This document shows, piece after piece, positions 7,943 through 17,843 of a stretch of DNA of 47,128 bases. The notes under the pieces are model-generated. The model worked only from the letters and a program-made list of their open reading frames with translations. It made no database searches and was not told where the DNA came from. The translations under genes and the position numbers were made by a program. Position 1 is the stretch's first letter. Each line of letters opens with the position of its first letter. The stretch comes from Candidatus Altiarchaeota archaeon (GTDB lineage: Archaea > Altiarchaeota > Altiarchaeia > IMC4 > SCGC-AAA252-I15): positions 1 to 47,128 of the forward strand of contig JAZDMS010000013.1 in assembly GCA_043800705.1 (NCBI GenBank). The letters run 5' to 3'.

Positions 7943-9342
7943 GTTTTTGTCTTGTTTATGAACCGGTCGTGTATGGCCTTTACGACCTTTGGCACGTCCT
8001 TTGAGTTGATGACGAAGGCTATGTTAAGTTCGCTTGAGCCCTGTGCTATCATGATGATGTTGGCGTCGCATTCGGCGACGGTGTTGAAGACCTTGGCCGC
8101 GATCCCCTTCGTCCCGTGCATTCCAGCCCCTACGACGGTTATGGTGGATATGTCCTGCATCACGGATATGGATCTGGCTATGGTCGATGGGAGCCTGCCT
8201 TCCAGGAGCTCCATGGTCTTGTCCAGGTCGGTCTCGGAGACTATGAAGCTGAGGTTGCTTTCCGAGGATCCGGATATCATGGGGACGTTGATGTTGGATT
8301 CCCCGAGGGTCGACAGGACCCTTCCGACGATGTTGGGGGTGTCCGCCAGGCCGACGCCTTCGATGTTGATGATGGCTATGTTCTTCGCTATCGCGACGGC
8401 CTTTATTATGTGGTCGACCTTCTTCTGTTTCTTTACGATGAGGGTGCCTTTGCAGCCGGGGTTGAATGTGTTCTTCACCCAGACGGGGATGCTGGAGAGC
8501 ATGGCAGGCTCGATCATCTTGCTGTGTATGACCTTTGCGCCGTAGTATGCGAGGTCCATGGCTTCGGCGTAGGACAGGGTGGGTATGAGCTCGGCTTCGG
8601 GGACGATTTTCGGGTCGGTGGTTAGTATCCCGTCGACGTCGGTCCATATTTGGACCTCGTCCGCGTCCAGGTATTTCCCGAGGAGCGATGCGGTGTAGTC
8701 TGAGCCTCCGCGGCCTAGGGTGGTGATCCTCGCCTTTTCGTCGCCTGCGATGAATCCTGCGACGACGGGAACGGTCTTCGGCAGGAGCTTCTTGAACGTT
8801 TCGCTGACCTGTTTCTGGGATTTCATGTGCAGTGGGCGCGCCCTGCCGAACGAGGAGTCTGTGATTATTCCGGCCTCGAATCCGGTGAGTGCGACGGATT
8901 TGACCCCGATGGAGTTCAGTGCGCCTGCCATGACGAGTATGTTGAGCCGTTCGCCGAAGGACATTATGAAGTCGAGGCTCCTTGCGCTGAGGTCTTCGAG
9001 GTAGCCTACGCCAAGGAGCGCGACCCGGAGGTTTTCTATGAGATTGAGCGATTGGCTCAACAGCTCGCCGCGGAGCTTCTTGTCCGTTACGGCGACCATT
9101 ATAGCCTTTCGCTGCTGCATCGTGAGCTCCCTGCAGAAGTTGTCGACCTCGCGCTCTACGACGCTGTTCGGCAGGTCTACGACGGATTTTGCCGTGTTGA
9201 TGAGGCGGTCGGTGACTCCGGAAATCGCCGAGACCACTACGACCTTGGAGGGGTTCTTCTCAGCCTGCACAAGCTTCGCTACGTTGACTATTCTTTCCCC
9301 GTTGGCGACTGATGTGCCGCCGAACTTCATCACTACGGCCAT
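7936..9342 (-). CDS. lysC: Aspartate kinase (start at MAVVMKFGGTS)
   Basis: KFGGTS, TLGRGGSDYTA, WTDVDG and two ACT domains. Confidence 0.96.
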   Translation of the reverse strand: MAVVMKFGGTSVANGERIVNVAKLVQAEKNPSKVVVVSAISGVTDRLINTAKSVVDLPNSVVEREVDNFCRELTMQQRKAIMVAVTDKKLRGELLSQSLNLIENLRVALLGVGYLEDLSARSLDFIMSFGERLNILVMAGALNSIGVKSVALTGFEAGIITDSSFGRARPLHMKSQKQVSETFKKLLPKTVPVVAGFIAGDEKARITTLGRGGSDYTASLLGKYLDADEVQIWTDVDGILTTDPKIVPEAELIPTLSYAEAMDLAYYGAKVIHSKMIEPAMLSSIPVWVKNTFNPGCKGTLIVKKQKKVDHIIKAVAIAKNIAIINIEGVGLADTPNIVGRVLSTLGESNINVPMISGSSESNLSFIVSETDLDKTMELLEGRLPSTIARSISVMQDISTITVVGAGMHGTKGIAAKVFNTVAECDANIIMIAQGSSELNIAFVINSKDVPKVVKAIHDRFINKTKTC

Positions 9343-9528
9343 GATACAAAGAATATGTAGAAAGAGTATAAAAAGGGCGGTTATCGGGCTTTTCAAAGGC
9401 ATCTGATTTTTTATTAGGTAGGTCGTGATTAGTCTAACATGCAAGGGAAGAGACCCGCCAAATCGGCTGGGAAGGCGCTCACTGTAAGTGTAGGGCGTCA
9501 TGGCGCCGGTCATCGTGGGAGGGCCCCT

Positions 9529-10998
9529 GTGAAGCGGATGAGGTTCGACTGGGGGAAGCTGGCTTCAGAGGCCGTTTTGGCGTTGATGTTCCTGGCGTAT
9601 ATGACCGTGTTCTGTTGTATCGTCTTCAGCGAGCAGAACGCGTTCTGGTACGGCAACTTCGACCTCGGGATCATCGATCAGGGTATTTGGCTCATTTCCA
9701 GGTTCGAGCCGCCGTTCATGACGACGAGGGGGCTTCACATCTTCGGGGACCATGCGGGGTTCATCAACCTGCTTGTTGCTCCCGTCTTCTGGGTCTGGGA
9801 TGACACGAAGGCGCTGCTTGTTGCGCACACGTTCGCGTTCGCCTCCGGCGTGGTCCCCGTCTACCTGATCGCGAGGCGGAGGTTTGAAAGCAGTTGGGTC
9901 CCGCTTGTCTTCTCCTTTGCATATATTCTTTTTCCCGCAATCCATTTCGGCAACCTCGACAGCGGATACCACGCCGAGTCGTGGACTGTGCCGCTCATAC
10001 TCTTCAGCTACCTGTTCCTTGTCCAGGGGAGGCTCCGCCTCTATTTCGCGTCCGTCTTCCTCGCCTTGACCTGCAAGGAGGACGTCTTCGCCGCCATTTT
10101 CCTTTTTGGCTTATACGTTGCAATCAAGCACAATTTGAGAGTCGGCCTGGCGTCTTCGGTGATGGCGTTGGCATACATGCTCGTGGTCACGGGAGTGCTC
10201 ATGCCTTATTTCAATGACAGGGGGGCCTTTTATGTGAGCCGGACCTTCGGTTCCTTCGGGGATACGCCGATTGAGATGCTCTCGAGTGCGACGAACGCCT
10301 CTTTCATGGCAGGCAGGCTCGACAACGGAGTCAACAGGGAATATGTGAGGGGGCTTTTCGCACCGACCGGGTATCTCGTGGTCCTTGAGCCGTTGGCTGT
10401 CGCGTCGTCTGCGACCCTTTGGGTGAATCTGCTGCAGGATTGGGGCTACGCCCACGACATAAGGTACCATTATTCGACGCCGATCATCCCGTTCATCTTT
10501 ATCGCATTGATTGAGGGCCTGTTCAGGTTCAGAAAAAGGAGGCTTGTCTTGGCCGTTATTCTGGCTTATCTTGCCGTCTCGTCGGTCTACAGCAACTATT
10601 ATTACGGCCCCGACCAGTCGAGCCTTAGGAACGTCGGGAGGATCGTCGACACTATCAGGACGTGCGACGAGGTCCCTTTCATGCAGGCGCAGGTACGGAG
10701 CATGATCGGGACGATCCCGGAGGATGCCTCGGTCTCGTCCACATACAACCTTATCCCGCAGATGTCGCACAGGAGGAGGGTTTACATGTTCCCGAACCCG
10801 TTTAGGGTGAGCCTCTTCGGGATAGACGACGGGGGAATACCCCAGGACAACTATACGGACTATGTGATCCTCGACAGGGTCCTTGTATACGACGAGGAGG
10901 ACAGGTTTCAGACGGCAAGCAGGCTCGTTGGCGAATGGAACTATACTCTGGTGGGCTCGGCTGGCACCGTGGACCTCTACAGACGTCATTTGCGATGA
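9529..10998 (+). CDS. DUF2079-type polytopic membrane protein (probable GT-C-like)
   Basis: FDLGIIDQ, HIFGDH, LTCKED, DIRYHYS and PQMSHR motifs; GGAGG 6 nt before GTG 9529. Confidence 0.8.
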   Translation: MKRMRFDWGKLASEAVLALMFLAYMTVFCCIVFSEQNAFWYGNFDLGIIDQGIWLISRFEPPFMTTRGLHIFGDHAGFINLLVAPVFWVWDDTKALLVAHTFAFASGVVPVYLIARRRFESSWVPLVFSFAYILFPAIHFGNLDSGYHAESWTVPLILFSYLFLVQGRLRLYFASVFLALTCKEDVFAAIFLFGLYVAIKHNLRVGLASSVMALAYMLVVTGVLMPYFNDRGAFYVSRTFGSFGDTPIEMLSSATNASFMAGRLDNGVNREYVRGLFAPTGYLVVLEPLAVASSATLWVNLLQDWGYAHDIRYHYSTPIIPFIFIALIEGLFRFRKRRLVLAVILAYLAVSSVYSNYYYGPDQSSLRNVGRIVDTIRTCDEVPFMQAQVRSMIGTIPEDASVSSTYNLIPQMSHRRRVYMFPNPFRVSLFGIDDGGIPQDNYTDYVILDRVLVYDEEDRFQTASRLVGEWNYTLVGSAGTVDLYRRHLR

Positions 10999-11092
10999 GG
11001 GAATACCGCACTGTTGCAGCGAGATGACAACAGATGGCCCTTCATGCAAATAAATCCCCGCATAATGCCCCGCAGCTCTACTGCGGGGATAT

Positions 11093-11572
11093 TTATTTGA
11101 CGCAGTAGTCGAGGCCTTTGACGCACCTGCCGACGTTGTTGCATGGGCGGTCTATCCTGTTGGAGGCGTGGCCGACGCATGAGGCCTCAGGGGTTCCCGG
11201 ATTCCTGCACGTGAACGAGGTGGTTTGGATGAGTATGCTGTTGTCCTGGTCGCAGGTGTAGGTGACGGAATTTTCAGGGCAGTCGGCCATCGTGACGCAT
11301 TTGCCTAGGAAGAGGGTGGTGGATGTGGTCGTGGATGTGGTCGAGGACGTGGTCGTCGACGTGTCCGTCGTGGTCGTCGACGTGGATTCGGTGGACGTTG
11401 TTGTGCTCGAGGACGTGGTTGTCGTGGTCGTGGGGCTGAATATTCTGCTTATACCCGAGGAGAGGTTGTCTAGGCCCCGCAGTACGGCGTCGAGGAAGCA
11501 GATGCCGGTGTAGTCGTAGGCGCATACTGTGGATGCCATGACCATGATCAATACGGCAGCGGACGCTTTCAT
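11093..11572 (-). CDS. Secreted Thr/Ser-rich, Cys-rich protein
   Basis: Signal peptide MKASAAVLIMV..., poly-T/S stalk, Cys-rich C-terminus. Confidence 0.75.
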   Translation of the reverse strand: MKASAAVLIMVMASTVCAYDYTGICFLDAVLRGLDNLSSGISRIFSPTTTTTTSSSTTTSTESTSTTTTDTSTTTSSTTSTTTSTTLFLGKCVTMADCPENSVTYTCDQDNSILIQTTSFTCRNPGTPEASCVGHASNRIDRPCNNVGRCVKGLDYCVK

Positions 11573-11622
11573 CGTAGAAGATAATGGAGGGATTAATAAT
11601 ATATCAGGCGAAATACTTAGCA

Positions 11623-12522
11623 ATGCTCGAGACGCTGGTCGTCGGGGCCTGCCTGGCCGTTTTGGCGGCAGCCGCCTGGATCGACTTGAAGACGGGGGAG
11701 GTGCCGGAGTGGTGCAGTCTCGGCATTGCGATGATCGTCGGGGCGCCGTGTCTGGCATGTGCCGCGTATTTCTGGGACTTGGGCTACGTTTTCACGCCCG
11801 CCTTGTGGGGTGCCGTCGCCTTTGCGGTCGCGTATGTGGTATTCTATTTAGGCCAGTGGGGCGGCGGCGACGTGAAGCTCCTTGGTGGGATCGGCGGGCT
11901 TCTGGGGTTCCTTGACGCCGGGGGGTATTCGTGGCCGAACGACACGTTCATGTATGCTTCGATTCCGCCTCTTTTGACGTATGCCGTCAATATGGCGCTT
12001 CTTGCAGGGCCGTATGTGATCCTTTACACGCTCTTGCTGGGTCTTGGGCAGCCGAGGGTCTTCCCGGCCTTCCTGGAGAGGTTCCGCGGGCGCAGGACGC
12101 TTTTTGCGTTCGCCTTCAGCATTATTCCGCTCGTTTTCGCGGTCTACTACGGGGTCTTTGTCCTTGCATGGGTTTATGCCCTTGTGCCGCTGATGGTTGT
12201 GGCCCAGTCGTATATGAAGACGGTTGAGGAGACGCTGATGACGAAGACCATAAAAGTCTCGGAGCTGAAGGAGTGGGACATCATCGCCGAAGACGCCGTC
12301 GTGGACGGCAAAGCGGTCGCCCCCAAGGGCAACATCGAGGGTATCACGCCGGAGCAGCTTGCGGTATTGAAGGCGTACAGCCTGGGGGGTAAGTTCAAGG
12401 ACACCATCAAGACGAAGTGGGGGGTAAAGTTTGTCCCGGTCCTGTTCCTTAGCCTTCCGGCAACGATCTACGCAGGCAACCTCCTGGAGCTGGTTTTCGC
12501 CATACTCTTCCAGGACCATTAG
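11623..12522 (+). CDS. A24 prepilin/preflagellin peptidase (FlaK/PibD/EppA-like)
   Basis: WIDLKTGEVP, WGGGDVKLL and C-terminal KFVPVLF motifs; multiple TM segments. Confidence 0.9.
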   Translation: MLETLVVGACLAVLAAAAWIDLKTGEVPEWCSLGIAMIVGAPCLACAAYFWDLGYVFTPALWGAVAFAVAYVVFYLGQWGGGDVKLLGGIGGLLGFLDAGGYSWPNDTFMYASIPPLLTYAVNMALLAGPYVILYTLLLGLGQPRVFPAFLERFRGRRTLFAFAFSIIPLVFAVYYGVFVLAWVYALVPLMVVAQSYMKTVEETLMTKTIKVSELKEWDIIAEDAVVDGKAVAPKGNIEGITPEQLAVLKAYSLGGKFKDTIKTKWGVKFVPVLFLSLPATIYAGNLLELVFAILFQDH

Positions 12523-12630
12523 GTTCAGGCCGTTCCTGCGAACGCCTTCAGCTCACGGATGAGCTCCGAACCCTGCCTGAACCGTCCGGTGTATTCGGCG
12601 GCTGCCGACGCCCTTGTTCAGTCCATGGGC

Positions 12631-13980
12631 CTATTTATTCCTTCGGCGGCCGTAGTTCCAGTCCGAGAACTTCGGCAGGTTCTGCGGCAGGTGCCTTATC
12701 GCCTCCCCGATCTGGGGCAGGTATTCCTGCGGTTCCTGGGCCTTTTTGACGACTAGGATCTCGCCGATGGATATGATCTCCTTGTTGGTGTAGCTCTTGC
12801 TTCCGACCCGTATCTCCTTCAGCTTCATGTTCTCGACGACGGCCTTCGTCACCTTCCCGATCTTGTGGCCTTCGGTGTCGGCGACCTCCTTGCCTTCGGT
12901 CTCGCTCATGACCTTCCGGATTATGTGTATCTCCGTCTTGAAGAATATTTCTGTGAGCCTGATCCAGACGGCGAGGGCGAGCACGCCGAGGAGGCATCGG
13001 ATGATGAAGTTTCCGAAGCCGAAGCTCTCGTTGACCATGTAGTTGGCGACGGAGTCGATCACGATCGCGAGGAGGGCGACGAACCCGGCCATGATGAAGT
13101 ATCTCCTGACGTGTATGAACCTTTTAACCGCCCATTCGTCCATGAGCCTGCCAGCGATCGCGGTCACGGCGGCAAGAAGCAGCATATTGAGGCTCGAGGA
13201 GTTGAGTATGAACATGCCGAGGGTGTTCATCGCCGTGCTGGAGTCCGTGAATGCGAGGCTGCTTCGCTGAAGGTCCTGCCAGGCGAACGCGAGCCCAACC
13301 GAGAACATAAGGACTGCGAGGACGTATAGGAGTGTGCTGACCCTCTCGACGGACAGCGACTTCAGGAACTCGCCGGCTGCTGTGAAGAACTGCTCTTCGA
13401 GGCCGAATCCCTTGATTATGAGGTATGCGCCGACGACGCCGAGTATCCAGCTGAGGGCCTGTATGCCGCCGACCGACAGGAGGACGAGGGCGATGCCTGG
13501 CAAGCCGAATATGAGCCTCGCGAGGGATGGTTCTCCTGTGACTTCCTTTATGAAGTTGGCGAACTTGAAGTATGCTTTCTCCAGTTCCTTGCTCTGCCTG
13601 ACCGTTATTGTGACGACGGAGTCTATCTTTACCCGGGACTGGATGATGGGAATCAGCTGCTCGTCGTCTAGGCCGTCGGAGACGAAGATTATGGATTCGG
13701 GGTGGAATTTGGCCATGATTATCTCAAGCTGCCTAGCCACTTCGGCGTCGGATACGACCCCGACGTGGCCTTCCCCGGTCAATGTGACGACTTCGGTCTC
13801 AAGCTCTGTTGCCAGCTTGATGGCTCCAAATAGGGCGTTGACGTCCGTGTCTGCGGGGTCTGCCAAGGCCAGCTTCTGCGCGGCTTCGAGGTTCCTCTCC
13901 CGCCCGATGATGGGGCCCTTTACATCGGCTTTGCGGCCAATGTCGTCGTCCCTGTCGACGCACATGATCAGAGGTTTCAC
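12631..13980 (-). CDS. DUF373 membrane protein with C-terminal PRC-barrel-like domain
   Basis: CVDRDDDIGRK, DTDVNA, VSDGLDD, VRQSKELE motifs; C-terminal GKEVADTEGHKIGKV. Confidence 0.85.
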   Translation of the reverse strand: MKPLIMCVDRDDDIGRKADVKGPIIGRERNLEAAQKLALADPADTDVNALFGAIKLATELETEVVTLTGEGHVGVVSDAEVARQLEIIMAKFHPESIIFVSDGLDDEQLIPIIQSRVKIDSVVTITVRQSKELEKAYFKFANFIKEVTGEPSLARLIFGLPGIALVLLSVGGIQALSWILGVVGAYLIIKGFGLEEQFFTAAGEFLKSLSVERVSTLLYVLAVLMFSVGLAFAWQDLQRSSLAFTDSSTAMNTLGMFILNSSSLNMLLLAAVTAIAGRLMDEWAVKRFIHVRRYFIMAGFVALLAIVIDSVANYMVNESFGFGNFIIRCLLGVLALAVWIRLTEIFFKTEIHIIRKVMSETEGKEVADTEGHKIGKVTKAVVENMKLKEIRVGSKSYTNKEIISIGEILVVKKAQEPQEYLPQIGEAIRHLPQNLPKFSDWNYGRRRNK

Positions 13981-14040
13981 ATGTATCAATTGTGGCTTTT
14001 GGGTATATAATCCATGGGCGCCAATGTCTGACCAGACAAT

Positions 14041-14586
14041 ATGGAATCCGATTCGAGGATCGATTTTATTGTGGCGTTGGTGGGCGTATTATTCGTAGGC
14101 GGCATACTCTACGAGACCCTCTCCAGCCCCATCGACGTCCCCTCCGGCTACCTTGCGGCCTACGGGGTGACTTCCTGCTGCACGGACTGCTCATGCGACA
14201 TCCAGGAGATATGCTCAGGATGCCCCGGTTGCGTCTATACGAGCGGCTGCCTCGCGCCGACCTTGAGCTTGACGCCGGGGGGCCTTGAGATTCTGCATGC
14301 CGGGCGGGTGTCTGACAATTCTTCGTTCATCCTCAACGCCGTACTGTATCCGAAGTCCGACGGGCAGATGCTGGTGGAGGTCGTGCTCCCGAGGGGTTTC
14401 ACTGCGGACAGGAACTCCGTGGTTGTGGACATGTACGCAGGGGAGAGGATGATCGTCCCTTTCAGGGTGTTCGTGAAGGAGAACGTCGCGGAAATGGACC
14501 ACCGCCTCACTATGAACCTGGTCACGCCGGAGCTGGATGTTGTCTGCAGCGCAGAGGGGACGGTCAGCGTGTACTGGGAACACTAA
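14041..14586 (+). CDS. Membrane-anchored protein with Cys cluster and Ig-like domain
   Basis: N-terminal TM, CCTDCSCDIQEICSGCPGC, beta-rich C-terminus. Confidence 0.7.
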   Translation: MESDSRIDFIVALVGVLFVGGILYETLSSPIDVPSGYLAAYGVTSCCTDCSCDIQEICSGCPGCVYTSGCLAPTLSLTPGGLEILHAGRVSDNSSFILNAVLYPKSDGQMLVEVVLPRGFTADRNSVVVDMYAGERMIVPFRVFVKENVAEMDHRLTMNLVTPELDVVCSAEGTVSVYWEH

Positions 14587-14950
14587 CCGGGTTATGGTCA
14601 CGCTTCTTTAGACTAGTCACGATTTTTGATATTTCCCAAGCGACTAACACTGACCAGATAAGGTATAGGAGGGTGGTCAGGGAATTAATTGTCTGTTGAG
14701 ACAATTTGCCTATGAAGATGAACATGAGAATATTTATAACATATTCCGCCAAAAATACCATAGGGAAAATCATGTAGTGGATAATGATTCCGGGGAAGCA
14801 GAGTAGGTAAAGAAATAATATACCAGGCAAACCAAATACTAAACTACAATAAGAATTCCCTCCTTCAAGGGTGCATGAAAAGAAAAAAAGAGATAACACC
14901 AGATATAGGAAGCTAATATTGAAGATGATGGCTCTGGTAACTTTTGGCAT
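14564..14950 (-). CDS. AT-rich small membrane protein
   Basis: Hydrophobic ORF with composition clearly AT-richer than its neighbours. Confidence 0.6.
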   Translation of the reverse strand: MPKVTRAIIFNISFLYLVLSLFFFSCTLEGGNSYCSLVFGLPGILFLYLLCFPGIIIHYMIFPMVFLAEYVINILMFIFIGKLSQQTINSLTTLLYLIWSVLVAWEISKIVTSLKKRDHNPVSVPSTR

Positions 14951-14960
14951 TATTTTTTAA

Positions 14961-15206
14961 CTATTCCTTTACTACCACTACCTTGCTTACAGCGTTTACT
15001 GCGTCGTAGGGTATTACGTAGTTGCCTTCTTTGTCTTTCGGGTATGCGACCCGCGGAGGGGCTTCGACGACGGGTTCCACTATTATGGAGATGAAGTCTC
15101 CAGTGGATTCGTCCAGGATGACGTCGTCTAGGCGGCCTAGTTCTTCGCCGCCTACAGTTATGACCGGTTTTCCTCCAAGTTGCCTGGCTATGATGTATGT
15201 TACCAT
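14961..15206 (-). CDS. PRC-barrel domain protein
   Basis: LGGKPVITVGGEELGRLDDVILDESTG and IPYDAV..VSKVVVV. Confidence 0.88.
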   Translation of the reverse strand: MVTYIIARQLGGKPVITVGGEELGRLDDVILDESTGDFISIIVEPVVEAPPRVAYPKDKEGNYVIPYDAVNAVSKVVVVKE

Positions 15207-15267
15207 TCTTTGTCAACCCCGCATGTTTGAATAGAATTTATTAAGAGTACAGCTTTAAAAACAATAC

Positions 15268-16176
15268 ATGTTGCCAGCTGATTTTAAGGCGGTACTTTCA
15301 AGACAGCATTACGGCATCGTCGGCGGACACAGCGCCGTGAAGCCGTGCCTGTGGCTGAAGAAGGCGGTCCGCGGGGAGGGCTTCTGCTACAAGCAGAAGT
15401 TCTATGGGATAGAGAGCCACAGGTGCATGCAGATGACGCCTGCGGTCGGCTGGTGCGCGCACAGGTGCCTCTTCTGCTGGAGGAACACTGAGTATACCCT
15501 GGGGCAGTCCATGGATTCATGGGACGAGCCTGAGGGTATCATAGATGGGGCGATCGGGGCCCACCGGCAGGCGGTGTCCGGCTTCAGGGGGCTTGGAGTC
15601 GATGAGCGGCTCTTCCAGGAGGCGAGGAAGCCGAAGCATGTGGCGATAAGCCTTGCCGGGGAGCCGACCGCATATCCTCCCCTTGGGGATCTGATCTCTG
15701 GATTCAAGAGGAGGGGGATGACGACGTATCTTGTGACGAATGGGACGCTGCCGGAGAGGCTCGAGGCTCTCAAGACATTGCCTACCCAGCTTTATCTCTC
15801 TGTCGTGGCGCCGGATGAGGAGACTTATGCGAGGGTCTGCAAGCCCGCGTTCCCTGACGGCTGGGAGAGGATTGGCAGGACGCTCGATCTTCTTCCGTCG
15901 ATCGGGACGAAGAAGGTCGTCAGGATCACGGCAGTCAAGGGCCTTAACATGTTCGATCCCGCGGGCTATGCGAGGCTCATCGAGAAGGCACAGCCGGATT
16001 TCGTCGAGGTGAAGGCGTTCATGTTCGTGGGAGGCTCCCGCAACCGTCTCTCCCAGGACAACATGCCGTCTCATGGGGAGGTCGTCTCCTTCGCCAGGGA
16101 AGTGGGCGACGAACTTTCGTATGTCCTCAAGGATGAGAAGGAGGATTCGAGGGTCGCGCTCCTTGGCCGCGCCTAG
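15268..16176 (+). CDS. taw1: 4-demethylwyosine synthase (radical SAM, TYW1/Taw1)
   Basis: HSAVKPCLW, CYKQKFYGIESHRC, CxxxCxxC (CAHRCLFC), HVAISLAGEPT. Confidence 0.95.
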   Translation: MLPADFKAVLSRQHYGIVGGHSAVKPCLWLKKAVRGEGFCYKQKFYGIESHRCMQMTPAVGWCAHRCLFCWRNTEYTLGQSMDSWDEPEGIIDGAIGAHRQAVSGFRGLGVDERLFQEARKPKHVAISLAGEPTAYPPLGDLISGFKRRGMTTYLVTNGTLPERLEALKTLPTQLYLSVVAPDEETYARVCKPAFPDGWERIGRTLDLLPSIGTKKVVRITAVKGLNMFDPAGYARLIEKAQPDFVEVKAFMFVGGSRNRLSQDNMPSHGEVVSFAREVGDELSYVLKDEKEDSRVALLGRA

Positions 16177-16550
16177 ATCTCGAGGATCGCCTTCCTCGTC
16201 GTTTCCATGTCCGCTATGCAGGGGGTGGCGGCCTTCAGCGGGTCCTCTTCTTTGACGAAGACTATCAGGGCGGTGTCCGTCATCGGCAGGGGTAGGTAGA
16301 CGGTTCCGAATCCGAGTATTTCGGAGTAGAGCCTCGTCTGTCCGATGCATGAGTATTTCTGCACGACGGTGAGCATGTCGTCTATGTTCCTCGAAAGGGG
16401 TTCCCACACGGAAGACACCTCGGTCTTGAAGTCTGCGGGGAATAGGATGAGGCCTTCGAGGCCTTTTTTTGCGACCATGCAGGCCTGTATCTGCGGGTGG
16501 GCTTCCTTTAGGTCCTTTAGAAGCTCCATTATGCTGTCGGCATTGGGCAT
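16173..16550 (-). CDS. Roadblock/LC7-like small protein
   Basis: Real start MPNADSIMELLKDLKEAHPQIQACMVAKKGLEG; helix-strand pattern resembles roadblock; immediately downstream of the ATPase. Confidence 0.55.
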   Translation of the reverse strand: MPNADSIMELLKDLKEAHPQIQACMVAKKGLEGLILFPADFKTEVSSVWEPLSRNIDDMLTVVQKYSCIGQTRLYSEILGFGTVYLPLPMTDTALIVFVKEEDPLKAATPCIADMETTRKAILEI

Positions 16551-16552
16551 CG

Positions 16553-17290
16553 TCACTCCTCTATTTCTATCCCGGTTGTGCCGAACTTCATCAGCGACAT
16601 CGTCAGGTCGACCGGGGTCCCCCTCATCTTCTTTACGGATATCAGCCTCTCTGGGCTTCCGCCGACGGTGTTGACTTCGAGGAGTATGACGCCGTCGACG
16701 GCGAATTCGCTGATGGTGTCGCGGCTGAGGTAGGTGCTCTTCTCCGCGACCTCGGATATCAGGAGGGATGTGGTGCCTATGCGGTTTATCTGGCCGATGA
16801 GGTGGTATATGTCCTTTCTGGTGATGTCGCTGCCTGAGGAGGGGAACTTCATGGTTCCCGGGTGCGGCTGCATCATGCTCAGTTCGCGGGATATCTGGCT
16901 TCTGAATATGACGCCGTGCTCCATCATCGTCGTGAGCGAGTCTATGACGAGGCGTTTGGCTTTGGCCTTGGATACCCGGGCCTTGAGGTCCTCCGGGATT
17001 TCGCCGACGTCGTCGGTCTCGACGACGTAGATGTCGATGAGCCCTTTCTTTTCGAGGGGGGGTATGTCCCAGCCGAATCCCCTGGCGTGCTCTATTATCT
17101 TGTCCTTCGATTCTTCGAATGTGACGTATATGCCGGGCTCCCCCTTGAGCGCGCCGCTCACGAGGTACTGCAGGGACAGGAGGCTTTTTCCCGTTCCGCA
17201 CGATCCGGTGATGAGGACGCTTGCACCCTCGGGTATTCCGCCGTTGATTGTTTTGTCAAGCCCTGCTATTCCCGTGGTTATTCTGCGCAT
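16553..17290 (-). CDS. KaiC/RAD55-like RecA-superfamily ATPase
   Basis: TTGIAGLD, Walker A GSCGTGKS, YVTFEE, RLVIDSL, VKKMRGT. Confidence 0.92.
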   Translation of the reverse strand: MRRITTGIAGLDKTINGGIPEGASVLITGSCGTGKSLLSLQYLVSGALKGEPGIYVTFEESKDKIIEHARGFGWDIPPLEKKGLIDIYVVETDDVGEIPEDLKARVSKAKAKRLVIDSLTTMMEHGVIFRSQISRELSMMQPHPGTMKFPSSGSDITRKDIYHLIGQINRIGTTSLLISEVAEKSTYLSRDTISEFAVDGVILLEVNTVGGSPERLISVKKMRGTPVDLTMSLMKFGTTGIEIEE

Positions 17291-17322
17291 GTTTTTACCG
17301 CGTAAGTTATTTTGCGAGGGGG

Positions 17323-17841
17323 TTAATAATCACCTGACAGTTTTCGTATCTCCCTGTCCAGCTCCAGGATCCTGTCGATCGATGGATGGTGGGCTCCGAG
17401 GCGTTTTCTGAATTTCTCCAGTGTCTGCTCGAGGGATGCCTTCCTCGTTCCGTGGATGAGCTTGTCCGCGTAGCATATCACCTTTTCCTCGAGCGTTTCA
17501 GGAAGGTAGTCCTTCGCGGGCAGGCCGATCCTTTCGGCTTCGTCTTTTCCTATGCCGCCGCCTATGTGGCTTTCGCAGACGCGCGCGTATCGGGGGTATT
17601 CCTTCATGAGGGCTGCGCCTTCGATGCCGTGCCTTATGCCGTGGGTCTTCGACCGTCCTATGTCGTGCAGGAGCGCGGCTGACTCCACGAAATCCATGTC
17701 GATCTCGTGCCCGTTAGATTTTATTTTTTCCGCGATTTCTTTCGCGAAAGAGGAAACGACTAAACAATGTTCAATGACATTGTGTTGAACATTGTTCGAT
17801 TTGAGGAGTTGTATGGATTTTTCCCTGTCGATCGACTGCAT
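17323..17841 (-). CDS. HDIG-domain phosphohydrolase (TIGR00295-like)
   Basis: IEHC, LLHDIGRS, HGIEG, HIGGGI, EEKVICYAD. Confidence 0.9.
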   Translation of the reverse strand: MQSIDREKSIQLLKSNNVQHNVIEHCLVVSSFAKEIAEKIKSNGHEIDMDFVESAALLHDIGRSKTHGIRHGIEGAALMKEYPRYARVCESHIGGGIGKDEAERIGLPAKDYLPETLEEKVICYADKLIHGTRKASLEQTLEKFRKRLGAHHPSIDRILELDREIRKLSGDY

Positions 17842-17843
17842 TC

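Noticed and set aside
12523-12626. ATG GAC TGA... short minus-strand frame as a selenoprotein or ncRNA
   Set aside because: No redox motif or recognisable archaeal SECIS; more likely a gene remnant or terminator region.
16551-17201. N-terminal part of the 342-aa ORF 16173-17201
   Set aside because: Alternative frame of the KaiC-like gene; only 16173-16550 looks protein-like.
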